From contig CAYNVE010000001.1 in the NCBI GenBank assembly GCA_964400635.1, positions 1-46,385 on the forward strand: a stretch of 46,385 nt of DNA, read 5' to 3'. The position numbers and the translations under genes were made by a program. Of the stretch, positions 24,759-33,025 are shown piece by piece. Source of the DNA: an uncultured Lentisphaeraceae bacterium. GTDB taxonomy: Bacteria; Verrucomicrobiota; Kiritimatiellia; RFP12; UBA1067. Each line of letters begins with the position of its first letter. The first letter of the stretch is position 1. The notes beneath the pieces are model-generated. The model was not told the DNA's origin. It saw only the letters and a program-made list of their open reading frames with translations, and searched no databases.

Positions 24759-27044
24759 GTGCGCGTCCAAGTCGCCATCGACCTCGCGCTCGACCGGCTC
24801 TTCACCTACGAAGTGCCCGAGGCGCTCAAAGAGAAGCTGGCTGTCGGCCAGCTTCTTTCCGTTCCGTTCGGTCATCGCGAGGCGCGGGGCTTCGCGGTGG
24901 CGGTGTCGCCCGCTTCGGCGGGCGGGGGGCTGACGGCGCAGCCCCCTGCAAAACCCTTGCTGACGGCGCAGCCCCCTGCAAAACCCTTAAAGATTAAGCC
25001 CGTCACGGCGATTGTTGACGAGACACCGTTCTTCTCAGCCACGCTCTTGGAACTCGTGCGACGTGTCGCCGCTTACACGGCCTCGCCTGTCGAGTCGGTC
25101 TTAAAGGCTGCGCTTCCCGCTGCCGTCTTGAAGAAGAACGCGCACGCCAAGGAGCAGCTCTTCGTTGAGGTCGCCGCGCCGCAAGACGGGGCGAAAACAC
25201 CCGCGCCGTCGCCCGCCGCGCCGCCGCTCACAAAACGCCAGGCGTGGCTTATTGAGAACATTGCGCGCCTCGGCGGCGGCTGGATGACGGGGCTGTGTCG
25301 CGAGCTCAAGACGACACCCGCCTCGTTGCGCCAACTCGCCGTTTTGGGCCACCTTGCAATCGCGCCGCGCGCGCGCCGCCGAGATCCGCTCGCCGCCCAT
25401 CGCATCTTGCCGACGAAGCCGCTCGCCCTCAACGACGAGCAGAAGACTGCGCTCGACGCGATTGTCGCGTCGGCAGAAAAGAAGCCGCACCTCCTCTTTG
25501 GTGTCACGGGTTCAGGCAAGACAGAAGTCTACCTTCAAGCAATCGCGCACGAACTTGAACAGGGGCGCGGCGCGATCGTGATGGTTCCCGAGATTGCCTT
25601 GACGCCGCAGACCGTCCAACGCTTTGCCTCGCGCTTTGGCGACAAGGTGGCCGTTCTCCACTCCGCGCTCTCGGACGGCGAGCGCTATGACGAGTGGCAT
25701 CGCATCCGCGCGGGCGTGGCGCGCGTCGTCGTCGGCCCGCGCTCAGCCGTCTGGGCCCCCGTTCGCAATCTCGGTCTTATCGTCGTCGATGAGGAGCACG
25801 AGGGCAGTTACAAGCAGGACGAGATGCCGCGCTACAACGCGCGCGATGTCGCCGTTTTGCGCGGCGCGACGGAAGGCGCGAAGGTCGTTCTGGGTAGTGC
25901 GACGCCCGCGCTCGAGACGTGGCACAACGTTGAGAAGGGGAAGTATCGCCTCCTCACGCTCGCACATCGCGCGGGGCATGGCTCGCTACCGCAGGTCCAC
26001 CTCGTCTCGCGCGGTCTCGAGGGCGCGATTTTTTCGCGTGAGCTTTTGGACGCAATCGCCGTTCGCCTCGAACGCCACGAGCAGACGATTCTCTTCCTAA
26101 ACCGTCGTGGCTACTCGCGCCAGGTCGTTTGCGAGGTGTGCGAGAATGTGATTTCGTGCCCCAACTGTTCGTCGATGGATCGCGCGATGCCCTACACCTA
26201 CCACCGCGCTGACCAGTGCTTGCGTTGCCATGTCTGCGGCGGGTGGATTCCGATTCCCCCAAAGTGCCCCGTGTGCGGCTCTCCGCGCCTCGCCTATCGC
26301 GGCATTGGCACACAGCGCGCCGAGGCCGCGCTCCTCAAGTGCTTCAAATCGGCGCGCGTTCTGCGCATGGATGCCGACTCGACGAGCCGTCGCCATTCGC
26401 ATGACGAGATTCTCGGCGTCTTTCGGCGCGGCGAGGCCGACATTCTTATCGGCACACAGATGATTGCGAAGGGGCTCGACTTTCCGAATGTGACGCTCGT
26501 CGGCGTTCTCAACGCCGACTCGTCGCTCTCAATGCCCGACTTCCGCGCGACCGAGCGAACGTATCAACTTCTCTCGCAGGTCGCAGGCCGCGCGGGCCGC
26601 GCCGAGCTCCCAGGCGAAGTCTTCATTCAGACGAACGACCCCGAGAACGCCGTCTTCCGCCTCGCCGCGCGCGGTGACTACGCATCGTTCGCGGCATCAG
26701 AGTTGAAGGAGCGCGCAAGCCTCTTTTACCCGCCGTTCTCGCATCTCGCAATCGTCTCGTTCATCGGAAAGTCGATGGGGCTTGTTTCCTCGTGGGCCGA
26801 GATGTATTCGTCGTCGCTCAAGAATTACGCCGCGTCGGCCGCGCGAAAGGGCGAGAAGATCGTCGTGAGCGACGCGCTTCCGAGCGCGCTCGAAAAGGCG
26901 GACGGTCTCTTTCGCTGGCAAGTCGTCATGCGTGCCGCGTCGAGCGCGGCGATTGTGCGCGCGTGGCGCTGGATTGTATCCGTCCGAAAGCCGCCCGCCA
27001 CATTAAGAATCTCGCTTGACGTGGACGCTCTCAATTTAGTATAA
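24759..27044 (+). CDS. priA: primosomal protein N' (replication restart helicase PriA)
   Basis: GVTGSGKTEVY Walker A, VVDEEHEGSYK, Cys-rich zinc region CEVCENVISCPNCS...CHVCG...CPVCGS. GTG start abuts the upstream TAA. Confidence 0.95.
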   Translation: MRVQVAIDLALDRLFTYEVPEALKEKLAVGQLLSVPFGHREARGFAVAVSPASAGGGLTAQPPAKPLLTAQPPAKPLKIKPVTAIVDETPFFSATLLELVRRVAAYTASPVESVLKAALPAAVLKKNAHAKEQLFVEVAAPQDGAKTPAPSPAAPPLTKRQAWLIENIARLGGGWMTGLCRELKTTPASLRQLAVLGHLAIAPRARRRDPLAAHRILPTKPLALNDEQKTALDAIVASAEKKPHLLFGVTGSGKTEVYLQAIAHELEQGRGAIVMVPEIALTPQTVQRFASRFGDKVAVLHSALSDGERYDEWHRIRAGVARVVVGPRSAVWAPVRNLGLIVVDEEHEGSYKQDEMPRYNARDVAVLRGATEGAKVVLGSATPALETWHNVEKGKYRLLTLAHRAGHGSLPQVHLVSRGLEGAIFSRELLDAIAVRLERHEQTILFLNRRGYSRQVVCEVCENVISCPNCSSMDRAMPYTYHRADQCLRCHVCGGWIPIPPKCPVCGSPRLAYRGIGTQRAEAALLKCFKSARVLRMDADSTSRRHSHDEILGVFRRGEADILIGTQMIAKGLDFPNVTLVGVLNADSSLSMPDFRATERTYQLLSQVAGRAGRAELPGEVFIQTNDPENAVFRLAARGDYASFAASELKERASLFYPPFSHLAIVSFIGKSMGLVSSWAEMYSSSLKNYAASAARKGEKIVVSDALPSALEKADGLFRWQVVMRAASSAAIVRAWRWIVSVRKPPATLRISLDVDALNLV
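24929..24988 (+). repeat. perfect 2 x 30-bp in-frame tandem duplication inside priA
   Basis: gctgacggcgcagccccctgcaaaaccctt occurs at 24929-24958 and again at 24959-24988, encoding LTAQPPAKPL twice. Confidence 0.95.
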
Positions 27045-27045
27045 T
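27016..27045 (+). promoter_or_regulatory. near-consensus sigma70 promoter TTGACG-18-TATAAT
   Basis: -35 at 27016-27021, -10 at 27040-27045. The priA stop TAA (27042-27044) lies inside the -10 hexamer. A 34-nt leader with SD aggag precedes ATG 27080. Confidence 0.7.
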
Positions 27046-27079
27046 GACACGTAGACAGGAGTATTAGGAGAAAGACAAT

Positions 27080-27805
27080 ATGAAAATCTCATCCATTGTT
27101 TCGTTCTTCGCATGTGCGCTTACGGCGGCGAATCTCTTCGCTGACGCGGCCAATGTCTTGATTACTTTTTCGACGCCCGGCCCTGATAAGTATCAGGATG
27201 ACGTGGCGGTGAAAGATGGTGAATACTACGCGCTCGTCTGGACGGCGGGTGAGGATTTTGCGGGCTTCACGACAGCGGGCGAGGCGGCCAATGCCGATCA
27301 GAAGGTCATTTACAAGAGCCCGCTCGCGAAGGACGGTCGTTGCCCATTCACGTGCTTCCAGATTGACTCGGCGAAGGCGCCCGAGGGCGGTGTCTATTCG
27401 GTCTATCTTCTCGATACGCGCGGGAGCACCGAGAATCAGATGATCGTGACGGGTTCTGTCGAGGCGAAGACCTACGCTGCGTCCACCGCGACGGCGAAGA
27501 TTGCGACCGTCCAGACTGACGCGACGAAGGCGGCCGATGGTTCAACCGTCGCGCTCAAGGCCACGACGGCGGGTCTCGTTGATGTGAACGGCCTCGCTGC
27601 ACCGAAGATTACGGGCTTCAAGCTTGTCGGTAGCGAGGTGAAGATCACCGTCGCGAACGTCATGCCGGGCTTCGCCTACGAAGTGAAGGGTGGCCTCGAC
27701 AAGACGGGCGATGTCACCTCAACGGTTGTTGAGAAGGGTGACTCGACGATTGAAATGACGGTGAACAAAGACGCCGCGCAGTTCTTCTCGATCAAGGTGA
27801 AATAA
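27080..27805 (+). CDS. secreted protein of unknown function (241 aa)
   Basis: Signal peptide MKISSIVSFFACALTAANLFA/DA and a good SD. Ala/Thr-rich central linker. C-terminal beta-rich module ending QFFSIKVK. No family recognised. Confidence 0.75.
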   Translation: MKISSIVSFFACALTAANLFADAANVLITFSTPGPDKYQDDVAVKDGEYYALVWTAGEDFAGFTTAGEAANADQKVIYKSPLAKDGRCPFTCFQIDSAKAPEGGVYSVYLLDTRGSTENQMIVTGSVEAKTYAASTATAKIATVQTDATKAADGSTVALKATTAGLVDVNGLAAPKITGFKLVGSEVKITVANVMPGFAYEVKGGLDKTGDVTSTVVEKGDSTIEMTVNKDAAQFFSIKVK

Positions 27806-27823
27806 AAAGGGAGGTCAAAGGTC

Positions 27824-28594
27824 ATGAATCGTCTTCTTGCTCTTGCTTGCGCTCTTTCGCTCGCTTCCTCGCTTTCCGCCGCGACGACCACGGTCGAGAG
27901 CGGTAACACGCTCGGCTTCCTCCGCGTTGAGATTGGTACAAGCGCCGAGGCACTCATTGCGATTCCGTGGCTCGGCGTTGCGACGACCGACACAGATATC
28001 AAGGTGACGGATGTCGTCAAGACGGCGAACCTGACGGCTGGCGATCAGTTGTTCTACTATGATACGACCTCCAAGAAGTATCAGGTTTGGCAACTTAACG
28101 AATCGAAGGAATGGGTTGCGGCATCGACCGTGACATCAGATGCGATGCAGACGGCGGGCGAGGTGACGAAGACCTTGGCGCGTGGCAACGCGCTTCTCCT
28201 GAAGCGTACCAAGACGGAAGAAACTTCTGTTTATCTCTACGGTCAGGTTGCGACCTCGACGGATGCGATCACGACCACGATGGCGCAGGGCACTTCTGAG
28301 ACGCCGGCCTACACGCTTCTTGCGCCGCCTTCCGTTGAAGATACCGACCTCAACACGGGCGCGACCTGGGCGAACGTCAATAATGGCGATATGATTGTTC
28401 TTGCGAACTCCAAGGTTCTCATCTATCGCGATAACAAGTGGGGTCAGAAAACATTTGATAAGGATTCAAACACCGAAACAATGGTCACGACGGATGCGAA
28501 GATTACGGCGGGACAGGGCGCGTGGTATGTGAGCGCGAAGGGCGCAACGACTGCGGCGACCGTGACGTGGCAGGCACCTGCCAATAATGAATAA
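27824..28594 (+). CDS. secreted protein of unknown function (256 aa), Thr-rich
   Basis: Signal peptide MNRLLALACALSLASSLSA/ATTT, SD gggagg. Thr/Ser-rich stretches (ATSTDAITTTMAQGTSETP). No family recognised. Confidence 0.75.
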   Translation: MNRLLALACALSLASSLSAATTTVESGNTLGFLRVEIGTSAEALIAIPWLGVATTDTDIKVTDVVKTANLTAGDQLFYYDTTSKKYQVWQLNESKEWVAASTVTSDAMQTAGEVTKTLARGNALLLKRTKTEETSVYLYGQVATSTDAITTTMAQGTSETPAYTLLAPPSVEDTDLNTGATWANVNNGDMIVLANSKVLIYRDNKWGQKTFDKDSNTETMVTTDAKITAGQGAWYVSAKGATTAATVTWQAPANNE

Positions 28595-28627
28595 GTGATT
28601 TAAGTTTGTTTTTCAAGGAGCACTCAA

Positions 28628-29092
28628 GTGAAACGTATTCTTGTTCTTTCTGCCTCAATCCTCGCGGCGTCATTTGCGAACGCCTCGTATCTGTGGTGGC
28701 AGGTTGATACGACTGACTATTCATCGACGATTTCAGGCACGGTGAATCAGTATACCCTTTGGGCGGTGAATGGTTCGAGTTCGGCAACCATGATTGATGG
28801 AACGAATAAGGCCGGTGCGGCGAATTCAGTTGACATTTCTGCCTATTCAACTGGCTATTCGTTTTATGTTGAACTTGCAAACTTTGAGTCTGCCAATAAC
28901 GTGACAACGGTTGCGAAGAGCGGAACGGTGACCTACAGCGATCTTTCTTCGCATATTGTTACAACCCTCTCGGACGTTCCTAGCGTCACTCCTTGGCATG
29001 CATCTAACTATGAGTCCGTCCCTGAGCCGACGACGGGCCTTATGCTTCTCCTCGGCCTCTCGCTCGTTTCGCTCAAGCGTCGCAAAGTCTAA
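28628..29092 (+). CDS. small PEP-CTERM sorting-domain protein (154 aa)
   Basis: GTG start 9 nt after SD aaggag. Signal peptide VKRILVLSASILAASFANA. C-terminus VPEPTTGLMLLLGLSLVSLKRRKV is a PEP motif plus TM helix plus basic tail. Visibly lower GC than its surroundings. Confidence 0.8.
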   Translation: MKRILVLSASILAASFANASYLWWQVDTTDYSSTISGTVNQYTLWAVNGSSSATMIDGTNKAGAANSVDISAYSTGYSFYVELANFESANNVTTVAKSGTVTYSDLSSHIVTTLSDVPSVTPWHASNYESVPEPTTGLMLLLGLSLVSLKRRKV

Positions 29093-29095
29093 AGA

Positions 29096-31543
29096 ATGAA
29101 GAACGAGACTCTTCCGAAAGAGGACATCGCTCAGGCCGAACGAATCGGACTGGGCGATTTAGTCATTGCCGGCTCTCTGGCCATCTTCACCTTCATCTTC
29201 TCAATCGTTTTCGCGATTCCGGGGCTTCACCCGACGCTTTGGGAAGACGCGTCGGTTGCCGCCTCCATTCGACCTTCTGCGAACATCCTGACGGGTCTTT
29301 GGACTTTTCTCGCCTCGTTCGTCTACTCCATTTTCGGCATCGGCTTCGGCTCGTCCGTCCTGCGCCTCATGGGGCATCTCTCGCTCGCGTTCCTCGTCAT
29401 CCTCGGCTATGTGATCTTGCGCGAACTCCTTTTCTTCACGACGTTCGCGCGCGCGCGTCGCTCCTTTAGGCGCGTCTGCGTCATGCGCTTCGCGGCGGCA
29501 ATCGGCATCATCTTCTTCGTTTTCTCTGAGCCGGTCTGGATGGCATTCCAGTGCTTCTCGCCGACGGCCATCACGATTGGTCTTCTGCTCGGCGCGCTCG
29601 AGCTCTTTTTTGCCTTCCTCCGCAAGGGGGCGATCTGCCTCGCGTATTGCGCGGCCGCGCTCCTCGGGCTTCTCGCCGCTTCGACCGCGATGGGCTTCAT
29701 CCTCGCGGCCGTCCTCGTCGGCGTCATGATCTTCGTCTACAGGGCCTCGCCCACCTTCGCCTCGCCGCTCTTTCGCGCGTCGGTCTTCGAGGTGAGCAAG
29801 TGGCATATGACCTTCCTCTTTATCGTGGCGTTCGTTCTCGGCGTTACGTTGAACGTCTGGTGCTTCATCGCGCACAACGGTGTCCAAGCGCTCGGTCAGT
29901 CGTTCGGCGACGTGCCGATGATTTACATCCACACCTACTTTAACGCCTTCAAGTCGGCCGCCGATCCCCTCGGCTGGATTGTCTTCTTGAGCCTTTGCGT
30001 CGTCCCATTCGTGATCGCGTGCGTGCGCTTCACCACGAGCGTCGATGAGGAGCGTTTCTTGCCTTACTCGTCGGGGCTCGTTTATCTCGTTTGCGGTCTT
30101 CTCGCGCTCACGCAGGCCTCGTTCATCCCCGTCTTCCTCTTCTGGACGCACTTCAACATCGCTTCGCCGACATTGCTCGCGATGGGGCTCTTCTGCCTCG
30201 CCGCGACGGCCGCGATGTCAGCGGCGGTGCTCGGCGTGGACTCGCTCTGCCGCAACCATGCCTCAATTGAGTCGTTGATGAGCCCCGATGATGAGGATGA
30301 CGAGAGCCATGACGACCGAGATGCCGACCGCCTTGATGAGGTGGTCACCACCGACATCGAAGGGCGGACGCTCACGCGCTCGGCGATCTTCCTGCGCGTC
30401 TTCGTCTTCTTTCTCGTGCCGCTCGTCGCGCTTGCGCTCGTGATCCCGGGCGGCGTCAGGAAGGCGACGCGCGAGATGATGAAGGCGATTGACGACTTTG
30501 TCGAGGAGGTTGTTCGCGAGGCGCACGACAAGAAGATTCTCTTCACGGACGGAAACCTCGACGCCGCCATCGAACTGGCCGCGCGCGACAAGGGTTCGAA
30601 CCTCACCTGCTACTCGCTCATGGGTGGCGCGGGCGCGCGTGGACGCTACCTGCGCACGCGCGATCTTAAGGATGGTGAAGATCTCTTCTCGTTCCGCTTC
30701 GACACGGCAACAGGTCTTCGGTCGTGGATTCGCGACAAGCCCGAGCGTCTCGCCGACACGGCCGCGCTCATGGGCTTTGACCTCTGGAAGCGCGATGGGC
30801 GGCCTCTGCCGCCGATGGGTGGCGTTCTCTCGCGCCCAGCGGGCTTCCGTAACGAGGCGGAGCGCGCGGATGGCGTCAAGCGCGCCTACGACCTCGCGCG
30901 CCGTATGATTGCGGTCAACGCCTACGCGAAGGGTATCAAGGCCTGCACCGACCGTGACATTTCGCGCGCCTTCTACGCGGCGCAGTGGCGTCTCGCGCGG
31001 ATGTGCCTCTATCGCGGTGAAGTTGATGACGCGCACGGTCTCGCGGACGAGGCGATTTTAGAGGGCATCCTCGCTAAACAACTGAACGACTGCAACAAGA
31101 CGTATCAGGATCTCGTCGCTTCGATGGAGAAGCGTCAGTCGTTCATGATGCAGGCTCTGACTCCGCGCGAGGGTCTGCAGCTCGCGCTCGTGCGCGCCGA
31201 TTTCACGATGGGCAAGATCTACGCCGAGACGATTCTTTCGGCCGACCCTGACAATCCCGACGCGAACTTCGCGATGGGCATGTACTACCAACGCCTTCGC
31301 CAGCTTTCTCTCGCCGAGCGTTATCTCGTGCGCACGCTCCTGAGAAAGCCGAACGAGCCGGCCGTCTACAACAACCTCGCGATGATTCAGATCGAACTTA
31401 AAAAATACGACGCGGCGCGGACGAACATTGAGAAGGCGCTGAAGATCATCCCCGACGCGGCGGCCGTCCTCGATACGAAGCGTCGACTTGAGGCGGCGGT
31501 CGAGCGTCAGGCGCACGGCGCGGAGAAGAAGACGGCGAAGTAG
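29096..31543 (+). CDS. 815-aa polytopic membrane protein with acidic linker and C-terminal TPR repeats (possible GT-C-fold glycosyltransferase-like architecture)
   Basis: About 10-11 hydrophobic helices in the first ~380 aa, then the acidic run SPDDEDDESHDDRDADRLDE and one more TM helix. The soluble region ends with TPR-like repeats (YNNLAMIQIELKKYDAARTNIEKALKIIPD). The function call is inference only. Confidence 0.7.
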   Translation: MKNETLPKEDIAQAERIGLGDLVIAGSLAIFTFIFSIVFAIPGLHPTLWEDASVAASIRPSANILTGLWTFLASFVYSIFGIGFGSSVLRLMGHLSLAFLVILGYVILRELLFFTTFARARRSFRRVCVMRFAAAIGIIFFVFSEPVWMAFQCFSPTAITIGLLLGALELFFAFLRKGAICLAYCAAALLGLLAASTAMGFILAAVLVGVMIFVYRASPTFASPLFRASVFEVSKWHMTFLFIVAFVLGVTLNVWCFIAHNGVQALGQSFGDVPMIYIHTYFNAFKSAADPLGWIVFLSLCVVPFVIACVRFTTSVDEERFLPYSSGLVYLVCGLLALTQASFIPVFLFWTHFNIASPTLLAMGLFCLAATAAMSAAVLGVDSLCRNHASIESLMSPDDEDDESHDDRDADRLDEVVTTDIEGRTLTRSAIFLRVFVFFLVPLVALALVIPGGVRKATREMMKAIDDFVEEVVREAHDKKILFTDGNLDAAIELAARDKGSNLTCYSLMGGAGARGRYLRTRDLKDGEDLFSFRFDTATGLRSWIRDKPERLADTAALMGFDLWKRDGRPLPPMGGVLSRPAGFRNEAERADGVKRAYDLARRMIAVNAYAKGIKACTDRDISRAFYAAQWRLARMCLYRGEVDDAHGLADEAILEGILAKQLNDCNKTYQDLVASMEKRQSFMMQALTPREGLQLALVRADFTMGKIYAETILSADPDNPDANFAMGMYYQRLRQLSLAERYLVRTLLRKPNEPAVYNNLAMIQIELKKYDAARTNIEKALKIIPDAAAVLDTKRRLEAAVERQAHGAEKKTAK

Positions 31544-31549
31544 GGTTTT

Positions 31550-32308
31550 ATGCCGATCGCGATTCGCCTCTTCTCGTCTGTCGGTGGCGTGGGTCTTCTT
31601 CTCATCCGCGCGGTCGGCTTTTTTCCGCACGTCGTCTTGAACGCAGACGCGCGGCGCGATCTCTTCCGCCAGCTCTACGCGACGGGCATTCGCACGCTGC
31701 CCGTCGTCACGGTCGTCTCGCTCTTCATGGGAATGATCCTCGCGTTGCAGGTGGGCGTTGAGCTCGCGCGCTTCAACCAAGAGTCGTTTCTCGGCGCGGC
31801 GGTGATGCTCACGCTCTTGCGTGAAATGGCGGCTTTTTGCTGCGGCATCTGTCTCTCGGCCTGCGTCGGCTCGGCCGTCGCAGCGGAGTTGGGGACAATG
31901 ACCGTCAACGAAGAAATTGACGCCCTACGCGTGATGGGCGTCTCGCCCGTCCGCTTTCTCGTCGCGCCGCGCGTCCTTGCGCTCGTTTTGATGGCGCCCG
32001 TCGTCGCGTTCTATAGCGCGATGATCGGCACGCTCGGCGGCGGGCTCGTCGCGATGACGCAACTCGCCGTTGATTTCTCGCAGTATGTCTCGAGCGCGCT
32101 TTGGATGGCGACGCGCCACGACCTCATGCTCGGTCTTTTTAAATCGGCCGTCTTCGGTCTTCTCATCGGGACAATTTCGTCCTGGGAGGGTCTTCAAACA
32201 TCGCATGGCGCGACGGGTGTCGGCAAGGCAACGCAACGTTCGGTGATCGTCTCGTTCTTGGCGATTCTCATCTCGGGTTACATGATGACGCGGGTCTTCT
32301 GCGAATAA
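31550..32308 (+). CDS. mlaE: MlaE-family ABC transporter permease
   Basis: ~250 aa, 5-6 TM helices. Motifs GIRTLPVV, LREMAA..., EEIDALRVMG typical of MlaE/TGD1/YrbE permeases. Confidence 0.88.
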   Translation: MPIAIRLFSSVGGVGLLLIRAVGFFPHVVLNADARRDLFRQLYATGIRTLPVVTVVSLFMGMILALQVGVELARFNQESFLGAAVMLTLLREMAAFCCGICLSACVGSAVAAELGTMTVNEEIDALRVMGVSPVRFLVAPRVLALVLMAPVVAFYSAMIGTLGGGLVAMTQLAVDFSQYVSSALWMATRHDLMLGLFKSAVFGLLIGTISSWEGLQTSHGATGVGKATQRSVIVSFLAILISGYMMTRVFCE

Positions 32309-32323
32309 AAGGGAGAAGGGACT

Positions 32324-33025
32324 TTGGAGTCGGTCGTCGAGTTTCGGAATGTGAAGAAGGCCTTTGGCGAGAAGGTCGTCTTAGACGGCGTCTCTTTCAC
32401 GGTCGAGAAGGGCGAGGTGCTTGCCGTCGTCGGGCCTTCGGGGACGGGTAAGTCCGTCACGCTCAAGCACATCGCGGGGCTTCTCGCCCCCGATGCGGGC
32501 GAAGTGAGAACGGCGACGGATCGCATCGGCTATCTCTTCCAGTCGGGCGCGCTTCTCGCGTGGATGACGCTTGCGGAGAATGTCGCGTTGCCACTCCGCG
32601 AGACAACGCGCCTCAAAGAGGACGAGATCGACCGCCGCGTCACGGAGGCTCTGTCGGCTGTCGGCCTTCTCGACTCGGCCGACCTCTATCCCGCCGAGGT
32701 CTCGGGCGGCATGCAGAAGCGTGCCGGGCTTGCGCGCGCCATCGTGCGCGAGGCGGATCTCGTCCTCTACGACGAACCGACATCGGGGCTTGACCCCGTC
32801 ACCTCCATGCGCATCGTCTCGCTCATCGATTCGATTCACTCATCGCGCCATGTCACGTCGGTTCTCGTCACGCACGATCTCGCCTCGGTCTTGAAGATTG
32901 CTGATCGCATTCTCATGCTTAAAAACGCGCGCGTCGTCGCGTGCCTCACGCCCGACGAATTCGTCCGCTCGGCGGATCCGGACGTCGCCGAATATGTTGC
33001 CGCCGCCAGGGGGAAAATCTCATGA
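32324..33025 (+). CDS. mlaF: MlaF-type ABC transporter ATP-binding protein
   Basis: GPSGTGKS Walker A, LFQSGALL Q-loop, VSGGMQKRAGLARA signature, LVLYDEPTSGLDP Walker B, THD H-loop. TTG start after SD gggagaaggga. Confidence 0.88.
   Translation: MESVVEFRNVKKAFGEKVVLDGVSFTVEKGEVLAVVGPSGTGKSVTLKHIAGLLAPDAGEVRTATDRIGYLFQSGALLAWMTLAENVALPLRETTRLKEDEIDRRVTEALSAVGLLDSADLYPAEVSGGMQKRAGLARAIVREADLVLYDEPTSGLDPVTSMRIVSLIDSIHSSRHVTSVLVTHDLASVLKIADRILMLKNARVVACLTPDEFVRSADPDVAEYVAAARGKIS

Noticed and set aside
24929-24988. Direct repeat as a possible CRISPR or minisatellite
   Set aside because: There are only two contiguous copies with no spacers, inside the priA reading frame. It is an in-frame duplication, not an array.
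28503-28907. 134-aa minus-strand ORF in the low-GC region spanning the junction between the second secreted-protein gene and the PEP-CTERM gene
   Set aside because: It overlaps two plus-strand genes that have signal peptides, SDs and a PEP-CTERM signal. Its translation is Ser/Gln/Pro-rich with no start context.
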